This document shows positions 20,048-30,990 of a stretch of DNA of 64,000 nt, piece by piece. The DNA is taken from contig CANJLH010000005.1 of the NCBI GenBank assembly GCA_947475415.1, forward strand, positions 78,292-142,291, given 5' to 3'. The translations under genes and the position numbers were made by a program. This stretch comes from Caulobacteraceae bacterium (lineage in GTDB: Bacteria; Pseudomonadota; Alphaproteobacteria; Caulobacterales; Caulobacteraceae). Position 1 is the stretch's first letter. Each line of letters begins with the position of its first letter. The notes beneath the pieces were generated by a model. The model was not told where the DNA came from, searched no databases, and saw only the letters and a list, made by a program, of their open reading frames with translations.

Positions 20048-21220
20048 ATGCCTGAAGCCGTAATCGTCAGCGCCGTACGCACGCCCATCGCCACCGCCCG
20101 CCGGGGAACCTTAGTCGATACGCCCGCCGAGACGATCGCCAAGCACGTGCTGGAAGCAGCCGTCGCGCGCGCCGGCATGACCTCAGATCAGGTGGATGAC
20201 GTGGTGTTCGCCGAGTCCCAGTACGGCGGCGGGGTTTTGTCGCGGCACGCTGCGGTGGAGGCCGGCATGATCGGTGTGTCCGGCATGGCGACAAACCGCC
20301 ACTGCGCGGGCAGTCTGACCAGCGTCGCCATCGCTGCGGGCTCCATTCGTGGCGGCATGGACCGGGCCGTTGTCGCCGGCGGCGTGCAGGCGAGCTCAAT
20401 GGCGCCGCAGATGAAGCAGCGGATTTCTGGAACCGACGACCAATTCGCCGATTGGCGGCCGCCGTCGCATCCCGATCGCCCCGAAGCGCCGAATTCGGAC
20501 ATGACCATCCTGGTCGGCTGGAACACCGCCAAGGAATGCGGCATCACCCGTGAGGAGATGGACGCCTGGGCCGTACGTTCGCACCAGCGCGCCGTGGCCG
20601 CTCAGGACGCCGGACAGTTCGATAATGAAATCGTCCCGATTCTCGTAAAGCGGCGCGACGGTTCGACAATCGAATTCTCCAAAGATGAGCATCCGCGCCG
20701 TGACGCCAGCCTGGAGAAGCTCGCCAGCCTGAAGCCGCTGCATCCGGAAATCGACGGCTTCTCGGTGACCGCCGGCAACGCGTCGGGCGTCAATGACGCC
20801 GGCGCGGCCCTGATGTTGGTCAGCGACGAATACGCCAAGGCCCTTGGCCTTACAGTGCTCGGCAAGGTCCGCAGCTGGGCGGCCGTCGGCGTTGACCCCT
20901 ATCTGACCGGTATGGCGCCGATCTGGGCGATCCCTAAAGTTCTGGACCGAGCGGGCCTGAAGCAAGGCGACGTGACCCTGTTTGAGATCAATGAGGCCTT
21001 CGCACCGGTTCCGATCGCGGCCTGCAAGAAACTCGGCATCAGCGAGGATATCGTCAATGTCGCCGGCTCCGGATGCAGCCTTGGTCACCCGATCGCGGCC
21101 ACCGGCGCGCGTATGCTCGCCACCCTGGTGCATGATCTGCGCCGCAGGGGAGGCGGCATTGGACTGGCCACCATGTGCGCCGGTGGCGGCATGGCCGGCG
21201 CGGTGGTCATCGAAGTCTGA
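20048..21220 (+). CDS. Acetyl-CoA C-acyltransferase (degradative thiolase)
   Basis: MPEAVIVSAVRTPIA N-terminus, NRHCAGSL active-site Cys region, and C-terminal GSGCSLGHPIAATG / GLATMCAGGGMAGAVV. Confidence 0.9.
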   Translation: MPEAVIVSAVRTPIATARRGTLVDTPAETIAKHVLEAAVARAGMTSDQVDDVVFAESQYGGGVLSRHAAVEAGMIGVSGMATNRHCAGSLTSVAIAAGSIRGGMDRAVVAGGVQASSMAPQMKQRISGTDDQFADWRPPSHPDRPEAPNSDMTILVGWNTAKECGITREEMDAWAVRSHQRAVAAQDAGQFDNEIVPILVKRRDGSTIEFSKDEHPRRDASLEKLASLKPLHPEIDGFSVTAGNASGVNDAGAALMLVSDEYAKALGLTVLGKVRSWAAVGVDPYLTGMAPIWAIPKVLDRAGLKQGDVTLFEINEAFAPVPIAACKKLGISEDIVNVAGSGCSLGHPIAATGARMLATLVHDLRRRGGGIGLATMCAGGGMAGAVVIEV

Positions 21221-21269
21221 TTGGGTCTCATGCCCCTTTCTCCGGCGACGGAGGAAGGGGCTGGACGGC

Positions 21270-22757
21270 CTACTGTGGTGCGTACATCGCTGCGGCCAGA
21301 GCCAGGATCTCGGCGCGGTCATCCGAAAGGATGAAACCAGCGGCGATCGACTGGTCGAGCGCCGCCTCGAACTTCCGTAGATATTCGGATCGCCCACCGG
21401 GATATAGGCGCGCCAGGGTCGCCGCGTCGAAGGGTTCGGTAACACCGGCCAGAAATCCAAACGGCCCGCCGGAATTCCCTATGCCGGACATCCGCGACGT
21501 TGGCACATCGACCCAGGGGGTGCGGATGCCGCCTCTGGCGTTGCCATTGGCGTCCAGCGCCAGGCTTGGCGGTTCACCTGGCTCACCAGCGATGGCCTCG
21601 AGCGGTCCGGCGATGGGCGGGGCCTTGCCGGTCATGACCCAGTCGGCGAGGCCGGCCAGTGCGGCCTGCATCACATAATGATGCTGCGGCGCGGCGTTCA
21701 TCGGCTTGTCCATGAACGTGCCCAGCATCGTCTTGGTTGGCGTCAGGGCGGCCGCCAACATGGCGATCGGCTCGCGGCCCGAATCCGAGGCCGAAGCGGC
21801 GATCACGTAGTTGTCCGCATGGGCAGTGCCGGCGATTTCCCAGATCCGAAGCTTGTCGTTGTCGGGCTGTCGGGCGCCGTAGAATCCGCTAAGTCGGCTG
21901 CCCACCACGTCGGTCTCTGTGACCACGGTGATCACCGGAACACGGCCGTCGGTGCGCAGTTTCACCGCCGCTGGAAGCGATGGATCGGGCGCCGCGCCCA
22001 TGATCCGGGCGCCCTCGATACTTGGCGCGCCACCAAAGCGGGAATGGACCAGATAGCCGTCGTAGGCCTTCGCCAGCGGGTCGATGGCGTTGATATAGGT
22101 GGTCAGGAACACCGCAGACTGGGACTCGCCCGCGCCCAGAATGCGTTTGGGCTTCAAAGGTCCCAGGATTTTACTCCAACGCGTCGCGAAGCCCGCCTGG
22201 CTGAAGATGTCAAAGCTGAATGCGTCGCCAGGATGGGTGAGCGGACCGTAGCGGAGCGGATCTGCCTTCTTGAGGAACGCGCCCTCCACCAGCGCCGGTC
22301 CGCCCTCAATTCCGACTTTCTGCACCGAGACGCCCACATAGGCGTAGCCGTTCCGAAGGATCTCCCGGTGAGTTATGCTCCAATCGGGAGACGCGTCCGC
22401 GCCGCCGCTCACGTTCAGCCACTCGACCAGCACGGTCCCATTGAATCTGATGCGTTCCTTGGGCCGTACGACAACGATGCGCGTTGTGTACGGCGCTGTC
22501 GCATCCGGCGCGGCGGTCCAGTGGCCGTCGGCTCCAGTCTCGCCGACCCGCTTGTAGCTCGCAGCAGTTCCCGAGAGGAAGTACTCCTTTACCTCGTAGC
22601 CGAGCTCAGCCAGGTCGTAGGTCCCGAGTCCCAACACCGGCTGGCCTGCTACGGGGGTGATGGTCGGCTTCGCCTGGGCGCTCCCGACGGCCACGATTAT
22701 GGCGACAGCTGCTGCGGCTGTCAGGGCCATGCCGGCCCTGATGATCTTCGATGACAT
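21270..22757 (-). CDS. Secreted alpha/beta-hydrolase-domain protein of unknown specificity
   Basis: Signal-peptide-like N-terminus (MSSKIIRAGMALTAAAAVAIIVAVGSAQA). It is about 490 aa with a GAGESQSA nucleophile-elbow-like motif. Confidence 0.5.
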   Translation of the reverse strand: MSSKIIRAGMALTAAAAVAIIVAVGSAQAKPTITPVAGQPVLGLGTYDLAELGYEVKEYFLSGTAASYKRVGETGADGHWTAAPDATAPYTTRIVVVRPKERIRFNGTVLVEWLNVSGGADASPDWSITHREILRNGYAYVGVSVQKVGIEGGPALVEGAFLKKADPLRYGPLTHPGDAFSFDIFSQAGFATRWSKILGPLKPKRILGAGESQSAVFLTTYINAIDPLAKAYDGYLVHSRFGGAPSIEGARIMGAAPDPSLPAAVKLRTDGRVPVITVVTETDVVGSRLSGFYGARQPDNDKLRIWEIAGTAHADNYVIAASASDSGREPIAMLAAALTPTKTMLGTFMDKPMNAAPQHHYVMQAALAGLADWVMTGKAPPIAGPLEAIAGEPGEPPSLALDANGNARGGIRTPWVDVPTSRMSGIGNSGGPFGFLAGVTEPFDAATLARLYPGGRSEYLRKFEAALDQSIAAGFILSDDRAEILALAAAMYAPQ

Positions 22758-22771
22758 TTGCGGGCTCCTGC

Positions 22772-23533
22772 TCAGTAGCGTTTCGCCCAACCACCATCGA
22801 TGACCAGGGTCTGGCCGGTTATCCAGCCGGCGTTCTCACTCACCAAATATCGTAGGCCATGGATCAAATCCGCCGTCGTGCCGAGGCGAGACACCGGGGT
22901 CGCCTGCTTGAGGCCATCCAGTCTCGCTTCGTCCACGACGCTTAGAAGAGCTTCGGTGGGGATCGGCCCGGGCGCGATGGCGTTGACCGTCACCCCCTTT
23001 GGGGCCAACTCGACGGAGAGGCCCAAGGTTAGTGTGATCACTGCGCCTTTGCTGACGCCATAGGGGTCGCCGGAATACATGTAGGCGGCCGTCGAGGCCT
23101 GATTGACGATGCGTCCCCAGCCATTTTCGATCATCAACGGCGCGAGCGCCTGAGTCATGATCAGGGGCCCGTCGAGGTTCACGCGAAACATGCGCCGCCA
23201 ATATTCTATTTCGACGGTCATGCCGGTGGAGCGCTTGTTTCCCATGAACATGGCGGCGTTGTTCACCAGGACATCGCAACGACCAAAGCGCTTCTTCAGG
23301 AGAGCCGCGAGTTCGCTGGCGCTGGCGGGTTCCGTGACGTCGACCGTGGCGGCTTCAGCGGAGCCTCCGGCCGCGCGGATCATGTCCACAGTTTCGCGGG
23401 CGCCGTCTGACAGGATGTCAGCGCAGACCACCACCATCCCGTCCTCGGCAAGGGCTTTTGCATAATCGCGGCCAATTCCTCGACCGCCCCCTGTCACCAC
23501 CGCCACCCGTTGCGCCACGCGCGTCTCCCTCAT
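22772..23533 (-). CDS. SDR-family oxidoreductase
   Basis: VAVVTGGGRGIG and the YxxxK region. The start is taken at MRETRVAQR within ORF 22772..23596. Confidence 0.8.
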   Translation of the reverse strand: MRETRVAQRVAVVTGGGRGIGRDYAKALAEDGMVVVCADILSDGARETVDMIRAAGGSAEAATVDVTEPASASELAALLKKRFGRCDVLVNNAAMFMGNKRSTGMTVEIEYWRRMFRVNLDGPLIMTQALAPLMIENGWGRIVNQASTAAYMYSGDPYGVSKGAVITLTLGLSVELAPKGVTVNAIAPGPIPTEALLSVVDEARLDGLKQATPVSRLGTTADLIHGLRYLVSENAGWITGQTLVIDGGWAKRY

Positions 23534-23758
23534 GTTTGTCTGATCGCCTGAACGGCGAAACGCCGACACCATCACGCCTTTGCGGGGGTTCGACAACCAA
23601 TTCGCGACAGCAAGCTGTCCGGGTGGCTGTCATGTCGCCAATGAAAGTTGTTTGCGGCAATTCTTCAGAATTTAGGAATTCGGCGAAGCGCGACACCGGC
23701 GCTTCCTGCATCGAACCCCTAGGCTTTAATTTCACCCGCGGCGGCTAACGTAAGAGAA

Positions 23759-25162
23759 TCAAGTTCCGGCGGCGACCGGGTTCGACCCTGCCAGCCAAGC
23801 CGCCAGATCAACTAGCGCTCGTTCGCTGACCAGCAATTTTTTGGCGCGAGTTTTTTCCTTGGCGCCGAGTCTGCGGCCATCTGCGTCGCGTTTTGGCGGC
23901 GCAATGGGGGGGATTAGCCCATAGTTGATGTTCATCGGCTGAAACGTGGCTTTGCCGCCCGACAAGTGGCCGCCGGTTATGTGACCAAGCAGTGCGCCCA
24001 ACGCCGTAGTTTCTGGTGGCGCGGCGGACTGACGGCCCAACCAATCGTCCGCTGAGAAGCGTCCGGCCAAGAGTCCGATTGCAGCGCTCTCCAAGTAACC
24101 CTCGACCCCCGTCACCTGGCCAGCGAACCGCATTCGCGTATCAACGTTTAGGCGCAGGGAGGAGTCCAGCAGGCGCGGACTGTTCAGAAAGGTATTGCGA
24201 TGAAGTCCGCCGAGTCTGGCGAATACCGCCTTTTCAAGCCCGGGGATCATCCTGAAGACCTCCGTTTGGGCGCCGTGTTTCAACTTGGTTTGGAAGCCCA
24301 CCATGTTCCAAAGGGTGCCGAGGGAATTGTCCTGGCGCAGTTGCACCACCGCCCAGGGCTTCTCGTCAGGCTTGTGGGCGTTGGTGAGGCCGACCGGCTT
24401 CATGGGTCCGTGCCGCAAGGTCTCGCGTCCGCGCTCAGCCATCACCTCGATGGGCAGGCAGCCGTCGAAATAGGGCACATGCTCCCAGTCCTTGAACTCC
24501 GTCTTGGGGCCGGCCAGGAGGGCGTCGATGAAGGTGTCGTATTGCTCCTTATTCATAGGGCAATTGATATAGGCAGCGGCATCGCCGCCAGGGCCTTCCT
24601 TGTCGTAGCGTGACTGACGCCACGCGACGCTCATGTCGACAGAGTCGAGCTGGATGATTGGCGCGATGGCGTCGAAGAAGGATAGACCGTCCTCTCCGGT
24701 GATTTTGAGAATCGCATCGGAAAGGGCAGGCGAAGTGAGCGGGCCAGTCGCCACGACGACGTTGTCCCAGTCAAACGGCGGCAGGCCGGCGATTTCCTCC
24801 CTGACCACAGTAACGAGCGGATGCGCAAGCAGGCGTTCAGTGACAGCCAAGGCGAAGCCTTCGCGATCTACGGCCAAGGCGCCTCCCGCGGGCACCTGAT
24901 GGGAGTCAGCCGCGCTCAGGATCAGGGAGCCGCAACGGCGCATCTCGGCGTGGAGCAGGCCCACGGCGGAGCTTTTCCAATCGTCGGCGCGGAATGAGTT
25001 TGAACAGACCAGCTCCGCAAGGCTGTCGGTTTGGTGAGCTTCGGTGGCGCGTACCGGCCGCATCTCGTGCAGCACGACAGGCGCGCCTGCCTGGGCGATC
25101 TGCCACGCAGCTTCTGAGCCGGCCAATCCGCCGCCGATGACATGAACTGGGGGTTTCGACAT
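23759..25162 (-). CDS. trmFO: Methylenetetrahydrofolate--tRNA-(uracil54-C5)-methyltransferase TrmFO
   Basis: [21 protein letters not shown]...LVCSNSFR, with FAD-binding and Gid/TrmFO signatures. The start is taken at MSKPP. Confidence 0.9.
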   Translation of the reverse strand: MSKPPVHVIGGGLAGSEAAWQIAQAGAPVVLHEMRPVRATEAHQTDSLAELVCSNSFRADDWKSSAVGLLHAEMRRCGSLILSAADSHQVPAGGALAVDREGFALAVTERLLAHPLVTVVREEIAGLPPFDWDNVVVATGPLTSPALSDAILKITGEDGLSFFDAIAPIIQLDSVDMSVAWRQSRYDKEGPGGDAAAYINCPMNKEQYDTFIDALLAGPKTEFKDWEHVPYFDGCLPIEVMAERGRETLRHGPMKPVGLTNAHKPDEKPWAVVQLRQDNSLGTLWNMVGFQTKLKHGAQTEVFRMIPGLEKAVFARLGGLHRNTFLNSPRLLDSSLRLNVDTRMRFAGQVTGVEGYLESAAIGLLAGRFSADDWLGRQSAAPPETTALGALLGHITGGHLSGGKATFQPMNINYGLIPPIAPPKRDADGRRLGAKEKTRAKKLLVSERALVDLAAWLAGSNPVAAGT

Positions 25163-25285
25163 GCGGTTTCCTAGCAACGTTACGCAGCAATCGCGAGCGG
25201 CGCCTTGCGTCGGCTCCATTGAGACGACACTTTAGATTCAAAGGGCGGCCGATCCGTTGATTGGGGCGAATTCGGTGGCCAGGGG

Positions 25286-26151
25286 ATGTGGATGGATCGG
25301 TTTTCGCCAAGCGACGCGGCGCTCGAAGGCTTTCGGCTGACCCGGGAGCGGCCTGGCGATATTGCGGTGTGGACGGGCTTCTATTTCCTGGCGCTGTTAG
25401 TGCTATTTTTGACCATGCTGGCAGTCCTCGGACCTGGCTTTCGGGAATTGATTCAAAGCGGTGGAGAGGCAACGGACGCTGAGGCCTTAGCGGATCTGCT
25501 GGCGAAATCGCCGCAGTTGGGTCCGATCCTGTTGCTAGCGGTCTATTTCTCGGCCGTTGTCCTGGCAGGTGTCTTTCGGGTGGTGTTGAGGCCGGGCGAG
25601 AGGGGTTTCGCACATCTTCGGTTTGGGGCTGACGAGTTACGCCTGACCGTGGTGTTCCTGATCCTACTGGCGTTTATCGCCATCGCGCTAGCCATGGTTG
25701 ATTTCGCCGTGGTGGCGCTCGGTGAGATGACCGGGGCGGGCCAATTGATACCGGTGATCATGACCTTCGCCGGACTTGCGCTTACGCTGTGGATGGCGGT
25801 GCGCCTTTCACTTGCAGCTCCGGTCACGTTTGCGCGTCGCAAGATCGCAATCCGCGAGTCCTGGCGGCTCACCCGCGGCCATTTCTGGAGCCTGCTCGGC
25901 ATGCTGGTCATGTCCAGCATCTTCTGGGCGATCGTCTGGATCATGGTCAGCATCATTGGCTATTTGTCGGTCGCCCTCGCCGGGGGGCCTGAGGCGATGG
26001 CGGATATCAAGGGGCTCAAGCCGCTCACCTTGTTCGCTTTGGCTTTGACCTTCGTCGTGCAGATTTTGCTGCCGGTATTGCAGATCGTCATGGTTGGAAG
26101 TCCGCTGGCGATCGCCTTTGAGCAGCTCACCGGCGAGCCGGAACCGGCGGC

Positions 26152-26155
<4 letters not shown>
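25286..26155 (+). CDS. Polytopic inner-membrane protein (GP-PDE-membrane-domain-like hypothetical)
   Basis: About 6 hydrophobic helices with no catalytic motif. It is divergent from trmFO. Confidence 0.45.
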
Positions 26156-29043
<2,888 letters not shown>

Positions 29044-29116
29044 GCTGTCCTGGAACGTCGGCTCACCTCACCGGCAAGCTCTTCTATGTAGGCTCTGGGA
29101 CTCAGGGATAACACGG

Positions 29117-29131
29117 GAACGGAGTGGGAAC
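29117..29131 (-). promoter_or_regulatory. Alphaproteobacterial LexA (SOS) box GTTC-N7-GTTC upstream of uvrA
   Basis: The plus strand reads GAAC-GGAGTGG-GAAC, which is GTTC-CCACTCC-GTTC on the uvrA strand. It lies 74-88 bp upstream of the uvrA start codon, in the gap between the ParA-like gene and uvrA. Confidence 0.55.
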
Positions 29132-29158
29132 AAATCTGCCGGGCGGGCCAGAATTCGC

Positions 29159-29902
29159 TTATCGGAGTTCCACGCTCGCCAACTGTTGTGATTGCGCGCG
29201 AACACCTGAAGGCCGCTCGAACAGAGTTCTGTCCACAAATCGCCAGAGCGCGCGAATTTCTTCCGCTGCAGCGCCCTGGGGGTCAGCCTCCTCCACTGAC
29301 TTGCCCGCCTCCAGCGCGGTCTGAAACCCGGTGCGGGCATGCAGGATCACCGGGACCACCGACAGGTTGATCAGCTGTATGGCGGTGAGCGCACGTTGAA
29401 CGGCCGGCGCCTCTATGCCCACCCGCGCCGGTGGCGCCTGAGAAAGCAGGATGACCGCTGGTTTGCGCAATCGACGGGTGATCTCGGCGGTGTGCAGGGC
29501 GGAGGCGAGATCTAGGTAGGTTGGCCGCACCACCAGGATCGACATGTCCGCCGCGTTGACGGACGCGCATATCTCGTCGTCCAGCACCGCAGGGGTGTCG
29601 ATGACGATCAGGTCGGTCTCTAAGCGCTGCTGTGCGAACTGCAGGGCGACCAACTTGGAGCCCGACGTCTCGGCATAAGCCGGCGTTGGACCCGTCCTGG
29701 CCTTTAGGAGATTGACCGCTGAACGCTGTGGGTCGGTGTCAGCCAACATGACTTGCAAACCCCGGGCGTGGGCGGCCAATGCCAGATGGGTGGCGACTGT
29801 TGTCTTTCCGGACCCGCCCTTTCGGGCGATGACGGCAACGGTGCGTATGCGACTACTCAAGAAAACCCCACCATCATTGTCGCCAATCACAGTCCCCGGC
29901 AT
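29159..29902 (-). CDS. ParA/MinD-family P-loop ATPase (orphan)
   Basis: Deviant Walker [10 protein letters not shown]. About 210-247 aa. No parB, parS, replication or plasmid gene is adjacent. Confidence 0.8.
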   Translation of the reverse strand: MPGTVIGDNDGGVFLSSRIRTVAVIARKGGSGKTTVATHLALAAHARGLQVMLADTDPQRSAVNLLKARTGPTPAYAETSGSKLVALQFAQQRLETDLIVIDTPAVLDDEICASVNAADMSILVVRPTYLDLASALHTAEITRRLRKPAVILLSQAPPARVGIEAPAVQRALTAIQLINLSVVPVILHARTGFQTALEAGKSVEEADPQGAAAEEIRALWRFVDRTLFERPSGVRAQSQQLASVELR

Positions 29903-30093
29903 TCAGGAAACTTGGAACCGCCCTTGTCCGCAGTAGCCACGTGGCGCTTCAGCAGTGCAATCGATGACAACTGGCGAGAGAATATTTAAAAACAATCAAT
30001 AAGGCGGCGGTGGCGCTGGCCGGATTGGGCATCGTAGGGCAACGTGGATTCGGCGCTGGGCTTTGGCATATGAGGGTTGGAGAGGTTCCAACA

Positions 30094-30990
30094 ATGACGG
30101 CGAAAGTTCGCGAAATTGGTCCTGGATTCGGCGCGGAGATCCGCGGCTTTGACGCGAGCCGGCCCCTTAGTTCGCAGAAGATCGGGTTTGTCGAAGCGCA
30201 GATCGCCGCCCATGGAGTCCTGGTGTTTCGCGAACAAATACTCACCGATGAGGCGCAAATCGCGTTTACGCGGAACTTCGGAGCCCTCCACCGGTCGATC
30301 GCCTCCAACCGCACCGACATCACCCGTGCGGTGAAGTCCGAGGAGATTTCCGAAATCACCAATGTGGCCGCCGACGGCTCGATCATGCCCCGGGACAACG
30401 CCAGCCGCGTGCAGCAGCGGGCGAACCTCCTGTGGCATACGGACAATTCGTTCCGAAAGCCGGCCGGCGCCTACACCCTGCTCAATGCCCGCATCGTTCC
30501 GCCCCAGGACGGCGAGACGGAGTTCGCAGACATGCGCGGGGCCTACGACGCGCTTTCGGCGGAAATGAAATCCAGGATCGCGGACCTCAAAGTTCGTCAT
30601 GATCTGGCCCGCTCCCGAGAACTGGCCGGCACCGGCGGCGTATTCGACGTCGCTGAGCGCAGCCGGTTTCCGCCGACGGTTCAACCGTTGGTGCGCAGGC
30701 ACGAACTGAGCGGGCGCTGCGCGATCTATCTAGGTTCGCATGCCGACCAAATCGTTGGCTGGACACCGAAGGCGGGTCGGGCGCTGATCGCGGAGTTGCT
30801 GGCATTCGCCACTCAGCCATGTTTCGTCTACCGACATAGTTGGGAGGTCGGCGACCTGGTCATGTGGGACAATCGCATCACCCTGCACCGGGCCCTGCCG
30901 TTCGAGGACCTGACTTATCGGCGGGACATGCGACGGACGTCGACGATGATTGCGCCGGAGCAGGATGTGGGCGAAGAGGTGGCTGGTTAG
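30094..30990 (+). CDS. TauD/TfdA-family Fe(II)/2-oxoglutarate dioxygenase
   Basis: Internal start MTAKVREIGPGFGAEIRGFD, with the WHTD...D 2-His-1-carboxylate facial triad and a C-terminal HRA region. Confidence 0.8.
   Translation: MTAKVREIGPGFGAEIRGFDASRPLSSQKIGFVEAQIAAHGVLVFREQILTDEAQIAFTRNFGALHRSIASNRTDITRAVKSEEISEITNVAADGSIMPRDNASRVQQRANLLWHTDNSFRKPAGAYTLLNARIVPPQDGETEFADMRGAYDALSAEMKSRIADLKVRHDLARSRELAGTGGVFDVAERSRFPPTVQPLVRRHELSGRCAIYLGSHADQIVGWTPKAGRALIAELLAFATQPCFVYRHSWEVGDLVMWDNRITLHRALPFEDLTYRRDMRRTSTMIAPEQDVGEEVAG

Noticed and set aside
483-22754. Numerous long antisense or overlapping ORFs in the track, for example 483..1199-, 10457..11197-, 11139..11924-, 20396..21460-, 21678..22754+, 29986..30702-, 36174..37238+ and 40685..41740-
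   Set aside because: They overlap confidently assigned genes on the opposite strand or in another frame. They have Arg/Ala/Pro/Gly-rich low-complexity composition typical of stop-codon-poor high-GC DNA, and they lack recognisable domains.
29919-29935. Sigma-54-like TGGAAC-N5-TTG sequence in the ParA-like/TauD intergenic region
   Set aside because: It has TGGAAC instead of TGGCAC and TTGT instead of TTGC. It lies about 160 bp from the TauD start, and no EBP-type activator gene is nearby.
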